Below are positions 1-13,709 of a stretch of DNA of 64,000 nt, one piece after another. Every line of letters starts with the position of its first letter. Position 1 is the first letter of the stretch. Source of the DNA: Octopus sinensis. Taxonomy: Eukaryota. Location of the stretch: NCBI RefSeq assembly GCF_006345805.1, contig NC_043002.1, positions 29,450,001 through 29,514,000 on the forward strand. Reading direction: 5' to 3'. Below the pieces are notes generated by a model. That model saw nothing but the letters and a program-made list of their open reading frames with translations, searched no databases and was not told the DNA's origin. Made by a program: the position numbers and the translations under genes.

Positions 1-53
1 TCTCAGGTTTTGCTGTTTCACCAGCTTCATAGCGATTCTGTTCATTCCTCACG
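1..53 (-). CDS. Candidate coding exon running off the left edge (N|VRNEQNRYEAGETAKPE...)
   Basis: Minus-strand acceptor ttattttacattctacttag at 54-73. Only the phase-2 frame is open. It joins in frame with candidate exon 169-129 across a 75-nt intron. Confidence 0.5.
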
Positions 54-128
54 CTAAGTAGAATGTAAAATAATGTTAACAAAAGATATTTTATGAATCA
101 TTCTGACGTACAGAAACTATTGTTATAC

Positions 129-169
129 TTTTCATGGCTTTGAATCTCCCAGCTAATGTTGTGATAGTA
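129..169 (-). CDS. Candidate 41-nt coding exon (YYHNISWEIQSHE)
   Basis: Acceptor aaattatttcag and weak donor AAA|gtataa. Phase 0 to 2 links exon 3982-3913 to exon 53-1 without a stop. A competing donor TCT|gtacgt lies 17 nt further on. Confidence 0.42.
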
Positions 170-199
170 CTGAAATAATTTTATTTATGAATAATATTT

Positions 200-350
200 A
201 ATAATCCTTTCTGCTGGAGGCACAAGGCCTCAAATTTGTGGGTAAGGGGCTAGTCGATTACATCATCCCAAGTATTTCACTGGTACTTAATGTATCGAAC
301 TCGAAAGGATGAAAGGCAAAATCAACCTCGACAGAATTTGAACTCAGAAA
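200..350 (-). mobile_element. tRNA-derived SINE, family A (ggcggcgagctggcagaa... type), 5'-truncated
   Basis: Reverse complement matches the body (gagttcaaattc...gaggtcgactttgcctttcatcctttcg) and the gccttgtgcc tail shared with copies at 41643 and 43865. Confidence 0.8.
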
Positions 351-371
351 GTAGCGACTGGTGAAACACCT

Positions 372-593
372 ATTTTTTATTGCCCACAAGGGGCTAAACA
401 TAGCGGGGACAAACAAGGACAAACAAACGCATTAAGTCGATTATATCGACCGCAGTGCGTAACTGGTACTTATTTAATTGACTTCGAAATGATGAAAGGT
501 AAAGTCGACCTCGGCGGAATTTGAACTCAGAACATAACGGCAGTCGAAATACCTGCTAAGCATTTCGCCCGGCGTGCTAACGTTTCTGCCAGT
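372..593 (-). mobile_element. tRNA-derived SINE, family A, near full length
   Basis: Reverse complement reads ctggcagaaacgttagcacgccgggcgaaatgcttagc...gagttcaaattccgccgaggtcgac, with a B-box-like gagttcaaatt. Many sibling copies are present in the window. Confidence 0.85.
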
Positions 594-914
594 CGAACAA
601 ATCCGCCCCAGGACTTATTATTTGTAAGTCTAGTACTTATTCAATCGGTCTCTTTTGCAGAACCGCTAAGTTACTGGGACGTAAACGCACCAACGTCGGT
701 TGTCAAGCGATGGTGGGGGACAAACACAGACACCCAAATACACATATATACGACGGGATTCTTTCAGTTTCCATCTACAAAATACACTCACAAGGCTTTG
801 GTCGACCGCAGGCTATAGTAGGAGAATCTTGCCCAAGGTGCCATGCAGGGGGACTGAATCCGGAACCATGTGATTGGGAAGCAAGCTTCTTAGCACACAG
901 CCACTCCTGCGCCG
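594..914 (-). mobile_element. tRNA-derived SINE, family B (ggcgcaggagtggctgtgtggtaagaagcttgcttcc... type)
   Basis: Collinear with copies at 18593-19048, 42441-42882 and 46722-47078. It has the shared ccttgggcaag core and an internal (CA) tract. Confidence 0.85.
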
Positions 915-1315
915 ATAGAAAGTTTATTGTCTACGAACGTAATGTAGTCAGAAAGAATAATACAAAATCACTCGGAGTCTCTTCGTAATCAAAGAAGGAT
1001 GTAGGACGCACACGTTTCTTTCAGACTCCATACATGATGAAAGGAATGCGAAATGATGTGTGAAGACACAAAAATCAGGCCCTTCATGCAGCCAAGTTCT
1101 TCATGGTAGTGTTATGCAATGCAGTGGAATAAGGCCACCACCACTCAAAGTAATGACAATCCTTGGTATGGGCTTTCACAGCTCCCAATTAAGAAACGGT
1201 CCTCACAAGGATTTGAAGGACCCGAGGTGATGGTAGAAATCATTTGCCTCAGAGACCACCCATTGGGATCGGACACAGAATTACGTGCTTAGAAGTGATT
1301 CATGTTTGGAAAATG

Positions 1316-1593
1316 TGGTACTCCGTCGGTTACGACGATGAGAGTTCCAGATGATGCGATTAACAGAACATCTCGTGAAATTAACGTGCAAGTGGTTGAG
1401 CACTCCACAGACACGCGTACCCTTAACGTAGTTCTGAAGGATTTCAGCGAGACACAGAATATGGTAAGGTTGGCCCTTTGAATTACAGGTACAACTCATT
1501 TTTGCCAGCTGAGGGGCCTGGAGCAACGTGAAATAAAGTGTCTTGCTCAAGGACACAACGCGCCGATGGGAATCGAACTCACTACCTTGTGAG
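1316..1593 (-). mobile_element. tRNA-derived SINE, family C variant (gtgtccttgagcaagacact core)
   Basis: Shares the 3' module (aagggccagccttgtcac...cgtcgtaaccgacggagt) with 5042-5383 and 29782-30077. Confidence 0.8.
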
Positions 1594-2183
1594 TTATTTT
1601 CACTACCTTAAAGTTATTTTCATACGAGTGTTATATGTAGGAGTCAGTGGATGTGTGGGTAAGAATGAAAGAGAGAAATAGAGACAGAAGGAGAGAGACA
1701 GAGGAGGTGAGTGTGTGTGTGTGTGTATTTGCGCCAGTGAGTATAAATGGATGAGTAGATCTATAGGAATGAGTTTGGGTCAGCATCTGTGTGTCAGCAT
1801 ATGCGTGCGCTTATGGCTACGAGTCAGTGTATGTGAAGGAAAATGTAGCTGTGGAAAGTGTTTCCTTTGTGAGTGTCAGTACAAATGTTCTTCAGTGTTT
1901 ACGTGAATATCAAGCAGTATGTATGTGTTTTTGAGTCTGGCTATGTTTGTGTGAGTCGATACGTTTCGATGTGGGTAGCTGCGTATGTATGTAGCTGTAT
2001 TTGACTTTACGTGCGTATGTTTTATGTGTGCGCCCGTGCACGTGTGTGTATGTGTGTGTGTGTATGTGCGTGTATGTGTGTGTGTAAAAGCAGGATAGTG
2101 TATAAATGCGTGAAACTGTCTATATCTTTCCAGTTTTGGTCTTTTTGTACATAAGTGGGTGATGTATGGTATAAATTTTCTCT

Positions 2184-2226
<43 letters not shown>

Positions 2227-2984
2227 TACACACACACGCAACAACATATATATACGCGCACGCATATTTATATACTTACACACATATATACATATATATT
2301 CATATGCATATATATATATATTATATTATATATATATATATATAATATATATATATACATAATTATACATACACACACAGACATAGATTCACACACACAA
2401 CCACACCACACACACACACACACACACACGCATATATATATTTACACGCGTGCGCATGCGTCTGTATCCATGTGTATCTTTGTGAATATGTGTATTTGTG
2501 TATAGTTTTCTGTACGCACATTCCTGAGTGTCTTATGTGTATTTACTTTTGTAAAAGTGTGCCTGTATGTATATACCTGTGTATGTCGATGTGTGTGTAT
2601 ATATATATATCTGTGCGCTATTTCAAAGTTATTATGTGTGGGAGGCTGCGTTCAAATGGTTGACAACGTGGCCTCGGACGACACAGACCGTGGTGGAGAT
2701 ATGCAAAGGAAACTGAAGGTACAGAGGGCGTTACTGTACAACTGTTTAGCTAAATTCCTAGTCATGTTTCTAGGTATCCCGCTATTTCCTAACATGGCAG
2801 ACAGCCGCCATTTTCATCCGCCATGTCGTGACGCAGCATTAAGTCAAGGTGAACACAGAAAGCTTGCCAGACAATATAATGGCGTATCACTTACAATAAT
2901 AAGTCTACGAATGCAGTTGCATACACATGTACAATCACACATGATGGCTTTGGTGCTACTACACACTGATATACAGATTAAATT

Positions 2985-3018
<34 letters not shown>

Positions 3019-3212
3019 TGCATTATGCTTGTATACGTGTGTGCGTGTGTGTGTATGTGTGTGAGAGTAAATGTACACGTCTATGACAGAGTATACAATT
3101 GCGAATGCTCCTGTCGACAAATATATGTATACATGCTAATATTCTACCCTCTACACACACCAAGATATATGTATATATATATTATATATATATATATATA
3201 TATACACGTATG

Positions 3213-3253
<41 letters not shown>

Positions 3254-3532
3254 TTCTAGAAATTCATTAATTTTACTTTGAATTGTTTTTTCTACCATAT
3301 GACACGCGCTTTTCTCCCTTCATTTTTTTTATGACTTGTTCGAAAATGTCTATATATCTGCTATAAATATTTACTATAAATTAGTATATGTTCTAACCCT
3401 ATGGTCTTGCTTAATATTGGCATCTATGTAGAATCACAAAAATATATATACTCACGCTCACTCAGGCACAAACGCACACTAACATACAAACACACAAACA
3501 CATTGAAGTGTGTGAATACATATATATGGACG

Positions 3533-3584
<52 letters not shown>

Positions 3585-3623
3585 TATATATATTATATAT
3601 ATGTATATATATATATATATATA

Positions 3624-3661
<38 letters not shown>

Positions 3662-3725
3662 TTTATTATATATATAATATATATATATGTATATATATAT
3701 TATATATATAATATATATATGCATA

Positions 3726-3773
<48 letters not shown>

Positions 3774-3912
3774 CGTATATATTATACATACATGCATATC
3801 TATATACATACATATATGTGTGTGTGTGTGTGTAATATAATAAAAATATATATATATTCATGAATTAATGTTTGTATGCACAAGAAAAAAAAGTGTTTGT
3901 ATATCTACTCAC

Positions 3913-3982
3913 AAATGCAGGGTCTACATCATTAAAAGCTTCTTCCGATTCTGTGTCCATGTTGTTTATTTTGTGAAATAAC
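3913..3982 (-). CDS. Candidate 70-nt exon, (x)LFHKINNMDTESEEAFNDVDPAF, possibly containing the start codon
   Basis: Acceptor atgcttggcag and strong donor TTT|gtgagt. One frame is open. It contains aacaacATGG in a good Kozak-like context. It is non-repetitive sequence among microsatellites. Confidence 0.55.
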
Positions 3983-4111
3983 CTGCCAAGCATTGCACTG
4001 TATGTTTTATATGCAAGGAAACGATTAAAAGAAAAACTCCAAAAATTATCATCAGTTTATAAGAAAAAGAGAAACAACATCACATCATTATCAAAAATAA
4101 AAAGAATACTA

Positions 4112-4148
<37 letters not shown>

Positions 4149-4822
4149 ATATATATATGCACAGCGGCAATAACAACATCAACAAGCATAGCTGCTGAAA
4201 GTAGATTCAGAGGAAATTTTTAAAATGCACAACAATAAAATATAAATAGTGATTGACGTATGACTCGAGCACCTCTTCTGTCTCTCTTCGCCATATTAAC
4301 AAACTCACATAGAAGATGCAAACACACTATACACGTTCATTAACACACGCACAAACATCCGCTTTGCACACATACACACACACACACCACTCTCTTTGTA
4401 ATTATAGTTTCCGTATATCTTGTCTTGGATGTTCTCATTGAATTCTTTATCAACACCAACACCATGATCGTCAACGTCGTCACATATAGATAGCATCATC
4501 ATCATCGCCAGCGTCATCATCAACGTTATCGTCATCTTCATTGTCCTTATCATCATCATCATCATCATGCGCATAATCATCATCGTCACTACCACGACCA
4601 CGACCACCACTACCACCACCACCACCACCACCACCACCACCACCACCACCACTACCACCACCACCACAACCAACACCACCACGACCACCACGACCACCAT
4701 CATCAATAACTTCGAGATTATCAGTATCGTTTCCACAATTGCGGTAGAGGCAACCGCCAACTCACAGACACCACAACCACCACCATCACCACCACCACCA
4801 CCACCACCACCACCACACCACC

Positions 4823-4869
<47 letters not shown>

Positions 4870-5041
4870 GGTCAACCTATCTTCGAGATGATCAGTATCG
4901 TTTCCACAATTGCGTCAGATGCAACCGCCAACTCACATACACCACCACCATCACCACCCCCACCACCACCTGTTGTATGCATGTGAATATATAGGGAATA
5001 TACTTGTATGTATGTATATGTATTTATGTATTTATACGTGT

Positions 5042-5383
5042 GGAGACGCAATGACCCAGTAGTTAGGTCAGCGGACTCTCGCCGTGAATGTTTATTGAGC
5101 AAAAACACCTACAGCTCCATGAGGCTCCGGTTGTACTCTTGCGAACCCTGCTGTACTCCTTCACCACAACTTGCTCTCACTCTTTCTTCCTGTTTCTGTT
5201 ATACCTGTATTTCAAAGGGCCAGCCTTGTCACACTCTGAGTCACGCTGACTTTCCCCGAGAACTACGTTAAGCATACACGTGTCTGTGGAGTGCTCAGCC
5301 ACTTGCACGTTAATTTCACGAGCTGGGTGCTTCGTTGATCGGAACAACTGGAACCTTCGTCGTCGTAACTGACGGAGTGCCAC
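5042..5383 (+). mobile_element. tRNA-derived SINE, family C (ggaggcgcaatggcccagtggttagg type)
   Basis: tRNA-like head ggagacgcaatgacccagtagttaggtcagcggactc. The head is shared with 7999 and the tail with 1316 and 29782. Confidence 0.85.
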
Positions 5384-5420
5384 GTATATTTATATATGTA
5401 TATTTGTTTATATCTATGTA

Positions 5421-5473
<53 letters not shown>

Positions 5474-5480
5474 ATATATA

Positions 5481-5726
5481 TTATTATGGCTGCCCCTCTT
5501 TATCGAGTATGGCCATTGCACGAAGCTTAACTGTTACTGGTGCTGTGATCGAATGTGACTTTTTAGCCCAGCTAAAGATCTGCAATGTCTTGTACAAATT
5601 TGGCAACTAAAACCTTTACTGGTAATAGCTGGCTGTAGTTGTAACTGGGCTTCACGTACCTTTGCATGTCGTTTAAGTCCTCCTGACGAATTACACTCTC
5701 TTCCACATGCCCGACAGATATGATTA
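5481..5726 (-). mobile_element. 3' end of a non-LTR retrotransposon (RTE-like), with two C2H2-like fingers, a short 3' UTR and an (AAT) tail
   Basis: Minus frame reads HICRACGRECNSSGGLKRHAK...FSCQICTRHCRSLAGLKSHIRSQHQ*, then about 50 nt and ataataat. C-terminal CxxC...H fingers are typical of RTE-clade ORFs. Confidence 0.65.
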
Positions 5727-5931
5727 GTTGATCGGATCAACTGGAACCTTCTCTTTTTAACTATATCCATATGTGTATGTATATGTATGTGTATGTATAT
5801 GCGTGTACATGTACGTATATGTATGTATATACATTTTGGGCAAGTGTCTTTTACTCTAGCCCCGAGTCGACCAAAGCCTTCTGAGTGGACATATAAATGC
5901 AGAGATATAAATATTATATATATACATTTAG

Positions 5932-5984
<53 letters not shown>

Positions 5985-6006
5985 ATATGGATGTACATAT
6001 ATACAT

Positions 6007-6742
6007 CTGTTTTCCTCGCATACTGTTTTTCTCTCTTATCGCGGTACGGTAGATAAATTTAAGACTTTAGCTCTTATTTCTAGCAGGTAGATGCTTGTTA
6101 AACATCCTTATGTTTCGTGTAAATTTATAATGCATAGCTATTTAATGCTATTGCGCCTACGATCCACCTATGTCACTGCTGGCGATATCATCAATTTCAA
6201 AATTTATCCACAGATTATATGAACAGTTGTGACATCTGATTTCAAATCTCAGTGTTTGAATGTTTTGCTTATAAAATTTTATTCACGATGTGCTCTGTTT
6301 TTGGCGCAGAACAACACCAGTTGCACAGTCAGAGTTTAACGTGACAGTTATGGATTATTACCCGGTAGGCTGCACTGATCAGGCTCAGAGTTTAAATACC
6401 CAAAAGCCGAAGCCTTGTTTGTGGATATCCCTATTTGCATAATATTTTTATTTGTGCTGGTAAATGTTTTAATCCTTCCTGTTTTCCTCGCATACTGTTT
6501 ATCTCTGTTATCTTGGTGCGGTACGGTGGATACATTTAAGACTTTAGCTCTTATTTCTAGCATGTGGATGCTTCTTAAGCATCCTTACGTTTCGTGCAAA
6601 TTTATAATTCATAACCATTTAATGGTATTGCGCCTGCGATCCACCTATGTCATTGCTGGCGATATCATCGATTTTAAAATTTATCCACAGATGTTATGAA
6701 CAGTAGTAACATCTGATTTCAAATCTCAGTGTTTGAAAGTTT

Positions 6743-6745
<3 letters not shown>
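6007..6745. repeat. Two diverged direct copies of a ~265-bp non-microsatellite segment (6007-6270 and 6480-6745)
   Basis: Both copies run from tgttttcctcgcatactg to gatttcaaatctcagtgtttgaa with scattered substitutions. Confidence 0.9.
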
Positions 6746-6797
<52 letters not shown>

Positions 6798-7071
6798 GAT
6801 AGATAGATAGATAGATATAGATATAGATAAAACCACTATTAGGCACTCAACATTGATAGACATAAACCAATATATAAATAATAAATTATAAATATTATTT
6901 ATATATTGGTTTATGTCTATCACTGTTTGAGTTGCCTAATAGTGGTTTTATCTCTAATTCATATTTTATATATTTATACTGTGAAATTTGATTTAATAAT
7001 AAATCTAATTTTTTCCCTGTAAGTTTGGAGCTATACTCCCTAATACTATTATATATATATATATATATATG

Positions 7072-7982
<911 letters not shown>

Positions 7983-7998
7983 ATATATATATATATAT

Positions 7999-8306
7999 GG
8001 AGGCGCAATGGTTCAATGGTTAGGGCAGCGGACTTGTGGTCGTAGGTTCACGGTTTCAATTCACAGACCGGGCGTTGTGAGTGTTTATTGAGCGAAAACA
8101 CCTAAAGCTCCATGAGGCTCCAGCAGTGGGTGATGGCGATCCCTGCTGTAATCTTTCGCCACATCTTTCCCTCACTCTTTCTTCTGTTGGCCTCCTCGCT
8201 TAGCCAGCGGGGTGGCGTCATTTGAATGCTAAAATAATGTGAAGCGCATTGTGACCAGCGATGTGTAGCAACATCTGATAGCCTGGTCGGTCATGGTGAT
8301 CACGGT
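7999..8306 (+). mobile_element. tRNA-derived SINE, family C head with an alternative 3' module
   Basis: The first ~185 bp match 5042-5200. The sequence after cactctttcttc is unrelated to the tail of that copy. Confidence 0.85.
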
Positions 8307-9743
8307 ATTATATATATATATATATATATATATATTAGTATATTAACTTTATGATTAACTGCTCATTTTTAAAGTTCCTATTATTTTTCTCTGCACTGAT
8401 GAAGACTTTGATATTTGCAAAGACTTAAATGAATTTGTGTCTGTATACGAAACGATTGTGAGCATTGAATAAGCGTTTTACAAATTTTTAACATCTTATC
8501 CCCTCCATTTTTGACAACTAGGATTGGATTTGTAGACCTTCATTCTATTGATCATACACTTAATTTACTAATTCTACTTTTCATATCATCGCCAATTTAC
8601 ACCAGTAAACTCTAAGCAAAGTATGAAGAATCAACGTTAGAAATCTTTTTAGAAACCACTCCGATTAAAGGACGAATCCTTATTCAACCTTTTACACATG
8701 TATATGTGTACATATGTATGTGTGTGTATATGAGTGTGTATGCGTATATATTTCTATAAATATATATATATATATGTTATCATATCCTAACTTACATATA
8801 TATATGTATGTAGCATATCTGTATGTATATATATTTTTATATATACATGTGTGTGTGTGGGTGTATATGTTTTTGTATGTATATGTATGTCTATATGTAT
8901 GCGTATGTATGCAGAGATATGTATATATATATGTATATATATATGTGTGGGTATTTATGTGTGTGCATGTATATATAGTTATGTGTTTACATATTTAATA
9001 CGCTTGTTTAGGTATTTCATTTTTTGTAAACAGTTGGTGACGTCCTGTACCCATATATGGGTACAGCATCGTATAGCATCTATTTCTAAATTTTCTTAAA
9101 ATCATATACTGTGAATAGATAATTAATTACGACATATAACACTTATTTTTGCCTAGGAATATTAGACCTATTATTTACAATGAATACTGAAATTATAAAG
9201 TTCATAAACCTGAAATTATTATTGAATACTATTAAATATTTTTTTCTAATAATTACATAAGTCGAAAGGTTAATTGACGATTAATTAAAAACTTAATTTG
9301 AATTTGAAAATTCATTCTCTTCCTTATTTGGATATCTCATCGTATTTACAAATACAGTCTGATCAGTTAATATAATTCATATACGGAGGTTTAAATAGAC
9401 ACACATATAGAAATTCATAGAGTGAATGTAGGTTTTTTAATATTATATATATTAGCATCCAATTATATATTTTTTAGTCTTGTTTAAAATAGCTATGACT
9501 GCAAGAAAGAATATATAAATACAATATGATTACTAAGAGAAAATCTATGTACCTCTAACGCCTGTTTTTAGGTTATTATACTATCTACCGAAGAGTACAA
9601 ATTTGACTATTCCCATTTTCTATTATGAATATCTGAGTCTTTTTGTATGAAACAAATTGTATAGCAACATGAAAAGTAAAAAAAAAACTTTAATCCATTT
9701 TAACATCTAATCTCCTCCATTATATAAATGTGAATGAATGAAC

Positions 9744-9818
<75 letters not shown>

Positions 9819-9924
9819 AAGTATATATATATCTCTCTCTTTTTCTGTCTGTCTCTCTCTATGTATGTATATGTGTATGTATATACATTTTGAATTAAAA
9901 GCAACTTTAACACTGCAAACATAA

Positions 9925-10235
9925 CCGGTGTCGCATACCGCGAAAGGACGAAAGGCGAAGTCGACCTCGGTAGAATCTTAACTTAGAATATAAAGACAGG
10001 CGAAAGAACGCTAATCATTTTGCTCGGCGTGTGCTAACGATTCTGCCAGCTCACAGCTTTAATAATAACAATAATAATGGTTTTAATTTCTGGCACAAGA
10101 CCAACGAGTTCGAGAGAGGGGTAAAGTCGATTACGTGGACCCAAGTACGCAACAAGTACATATTTAATCGACCCCGAAATGTTTTGAGGCAAAGTCGACC
10201 TCGGCGCAATTTGAACTCAGAATGTAACGACAGGC
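9925..10235 (-). mobile_element. Two adjacent family A SINE fragments
   Basis: gaaaggcgaagtcgacctcgg...gtgctaacgattctgccagctca, followed by a second gcacaagacc...gtcgacctcggcgcaatttgaactcagaa block. Confidence 0.75.
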
Positions 10236-10264
10236 AACCCCACCAAATCCAACTGCTGCTGCTG

Positions 10265-10312
<48 letters not shown>

Positions 10313-10368
10313 GATGCACACAAAATGATACTGCTGCTGCTGCTGCTCATGCTACCACCAGCACCAGC

Positions 10369-10426
<58 letters not shown>

Positions 10427-11189
10427 GATGCACACAAAATGACACTAAAATAGTCATTAGTATCATGATCACAAGGCACAGATATATGTTTATATATACA
10501 CTCCATGATACACACATTCATAAAACATGCATGCGTACATATATACATACACACATACGTACAAACATACATAATGTATGTATTTGTGTGTATGTAAGTG
10601 TGTATGTATATATGCACATGTCTAGTGATGCAGCTCCATGCATGACAATACACAAAACAAATATGCAAATCTGCATATGCACGAACTGCCGATATTGCAC
10701 ACATACAAACAAACATATGCAAAAATACATTGTTAATGTTGTTGAAATTCCATTGAAGGAACCTTGGGTCTAGGTTACAAAACGTCTGTTTGTCTTTTGG
10801 CAAGAGTTCTGAAAATAACACTGAATAATGACATACATACATACATACATACATACATACATACACAAACAAGTACATGTAAACCTTATTTGTCTTCTGC
10901 TTTTATACATACCCACACCTGGAAACAACCACAGAGTTAGAGCTACGGTTTAAATCGCATTTATCCTACCAACACTTGGTCCCGTCATTGTGAACTCTGC
11001 CATGAAACCTAGCCATTTCTGGCGTTCTACGTGCGATGTGCCTAGATTCTATTGAATCCTATAACTAATTATTATTTATACATACATATAAATATATACG
11101 CACATGTAACACACATATACACGTACGCAGATGCATATATATATATGCATACATACATATAAACACATGCACGTATACGCGTATAGAAT

Positions 11190-11410
11190 TAATATTGATG
11201 TCAAATTTTGGCACAAGGCCAGTAATTTCAGGGGAATAGGTAAGCCGATTAGATCAATCCCGGTGTTCAACAGGTACATATTTTATCGACTTCGAAAGGA
11301 GGAAATGCGCACTCGACCTCGGTGGAATTTCAACTGAGAACGTGAAGACGGACGAAATGCCACTGAGCATTTTGTCCGGTGAGTTATCGATTGTCAGTTC
11401 GCCGCCTCAA
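11190..11410 (-). mobile_element. Family A SINE
   Basis: gcacaaggcc...ctcgacctcggtggaatttcaactgagaacgt...gcattttgtccgg...tcgccgcct. Confidence 0.8.
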
Positions 11411-11660
11411 ATGAAGTTAATAATGTCATCTAAAAATACATAATTTTTTTTTAATTAGAATCGATAAAATATGAAGCATCTCAAAATTAATATGATTAAC
11501 ATAAGTGCTTTCAGTTATAAATGTTTCTCTTTCTCTCAACATACATAATGTATGAAAAGAAATATGTAATTATTTATTAGTTTATAGATGTAGGCATATG
11601 TGCACGCAGTTATGTGCAGTAAGTGCATGTATTTGTATAGCAATATTTCATTCTGTGTAA

Positions 11661-11778
11661 GGCGGTGAGCTGGCAGAAACATTAGCACGCCGGGTAAAAT
11701 GCTTAGCGGCATTTCGTCTGTCCTTACGTTCTGAGTTCAAATTCCGCCGATGTCGACTTTGTCCTTCGGGGTCGATAT
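11661..11778 (+). mobile_element. Family A SINE 5' half, inverted relative to the copy at 11190-11410
   Basis: ggcggtgagctggcagaaacattagcacgccgggtaaaatgcttagcgg...gagttcaaattccgccg. Confidence 0.85.
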
Positions 11779-12338
11779 TTTTTTCATGTAAAATATGAAT
11801 GTGCGTGAAGTATGTTTACGGGTGTGGTTATATACATGCCTGCCTGTGTGTATGCATATTCTTACAGACATAAATGTGAAAGTACGTGTTTGTGTGTGTG
11901 TGTGTGTATTTGTTTGTGCTACTCATAATGCATATTTGTACTCTCTCTCTCACACACACTCGTTGTTTATACGCATACCTAAATTTTAAAGAAATGTTTG
12001 TTAATATGTGTATATGTACCTATATAGGTGGGTGTGGGCAACAACGAGTCCTGTATTACGTGTTTAGAATGATCAAAAGAACAATTTCGTGTTCCTCTTA
12101 GATTTCTTGGCTTATATGCTTGAATTTTCTTGTTTAAATATTGTGGAATGATTATGATACGAACTTGTATCCCCAACACCCAAACAACCATGTTCGCAAA
12201 TCGATTGTAATTTCTCAAAAGATAAGAGATACAGACATATACGTACCTACATCTGTGTGATTATGTGTTGTGTGCTGATAATTATATAATAAATATATAT
12301 TATATATATATATTTATATATGTATATGCGTGTATATG

Positions 12339-12371
<33 letters not shown>

Positions 12372-13709
12372 CAAGTACATATGTATGCGTATATAATTTA
12401 TGGATATGTATATATGGACGTATGTGTATGTACATATATTCATACGCGATAGTGTTCACGTATATGTGTATGCCGACATGTATGCACGAGAAAACCAAAT
12501 AATGTCCCTTCATTATTGACTCTTACAGTCTCTTTACTAGCGATCAAATTAAGTCGTGGCCGGATATTTGCAGATACGTGTGTGTGTGTGTGCGTATATA
12601 TGTAAGCGTATGCATATATATATATATATATGCCTATATATGTAAGTGTATGCATGTGTGTATATGTGTGAGTAAGCTTTTGCGTGCTGTGTGTGGGAGT
12701 AATAAGGAGAGTGCAGAGAACGAACGATGAATAGAACGCATGTTAGTTGTGATGAGATTTAGCAGACTCAGATTTAGGGTGCGTAGTGTGTTGTGTAACT
12801 GGATTAATGCTAATCCATCAGGTTAATTACTTCTCCATCTACGCCTAGACAAGACCGGCTCTATTACAGTATAAAGCATGATGTTAAATATGGCTCCTGT
12901 TTTGTTTTCCTATCCCGTTTGTCTTTCGTTTCCATCCTTTTCTTTATTTCATTGTTTCCATTTCTGATATTTTTTATTATATATTCTTGTTTGCTTCGTG
13001 TTGGAATTGTGTTTTGTAGTTTATTTGTATTGTTTTTATATATCAATGTTTTGTCGGTGTTCGTTTTTAATACTCCCCCTTTTTATTTCCTTGGTTTCCC
13101 TTCAGTTTTGTCATTAGATTATGATGGATATAACTGTAATATCTATACCTATAATAAGGACAATATGAGCATTAATTACATAATACATAGAAAAGAAATA
13201 AATAAACAATAATTGGTAGAGCGCCATGCAACCAAAAAAATGGAATAAGACATCAGGACACAAAAATAAATTTTCGCTTATCTCTTTTTCACCCTCACCT
13301 CTGTCTGCCTGTTTGTCTGTCTCTGTTTCGCCGGCTTCCACATACATACATACATACATACATACATACATACTATAGGGATACAATCCTTAATCCGGAA
13401 ATCTAAAATTCGAAAAGCCCCCAAAATATACTTGCATACGTATATATATGTATATTAAACACATACACATACTCACACACAACCACACTCGCAGACATAC
13501 ACACACTCACACACGCACACACACGCACACACACCACACAAACACACACACACACAAACACACACGCACACACACACACACACACACACATGTATGATTG
13601 TATATATAATCACGGGTCCGTATAAATCGAGTTTACGGACGCAGTGAGAAACATTCAACATTGTCTTTCGGCTAAAGTCATTTTGCAATTACACATTTTA
13701 AGAAATTTA

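Noticed and set aside
2640-2745. RTE C-terminal remnant (GRLRSKW-DNVASD)
   Set aside because: It is too short and needs a frameshift, so I did not report it as a feature.
8390-8475. CTGATGA...GAAAC hammerhead-like motif
   Set aside because: Stem II does not close next to GAAA and stems I and III are mismatched. At most a very old Penelope-type relic.
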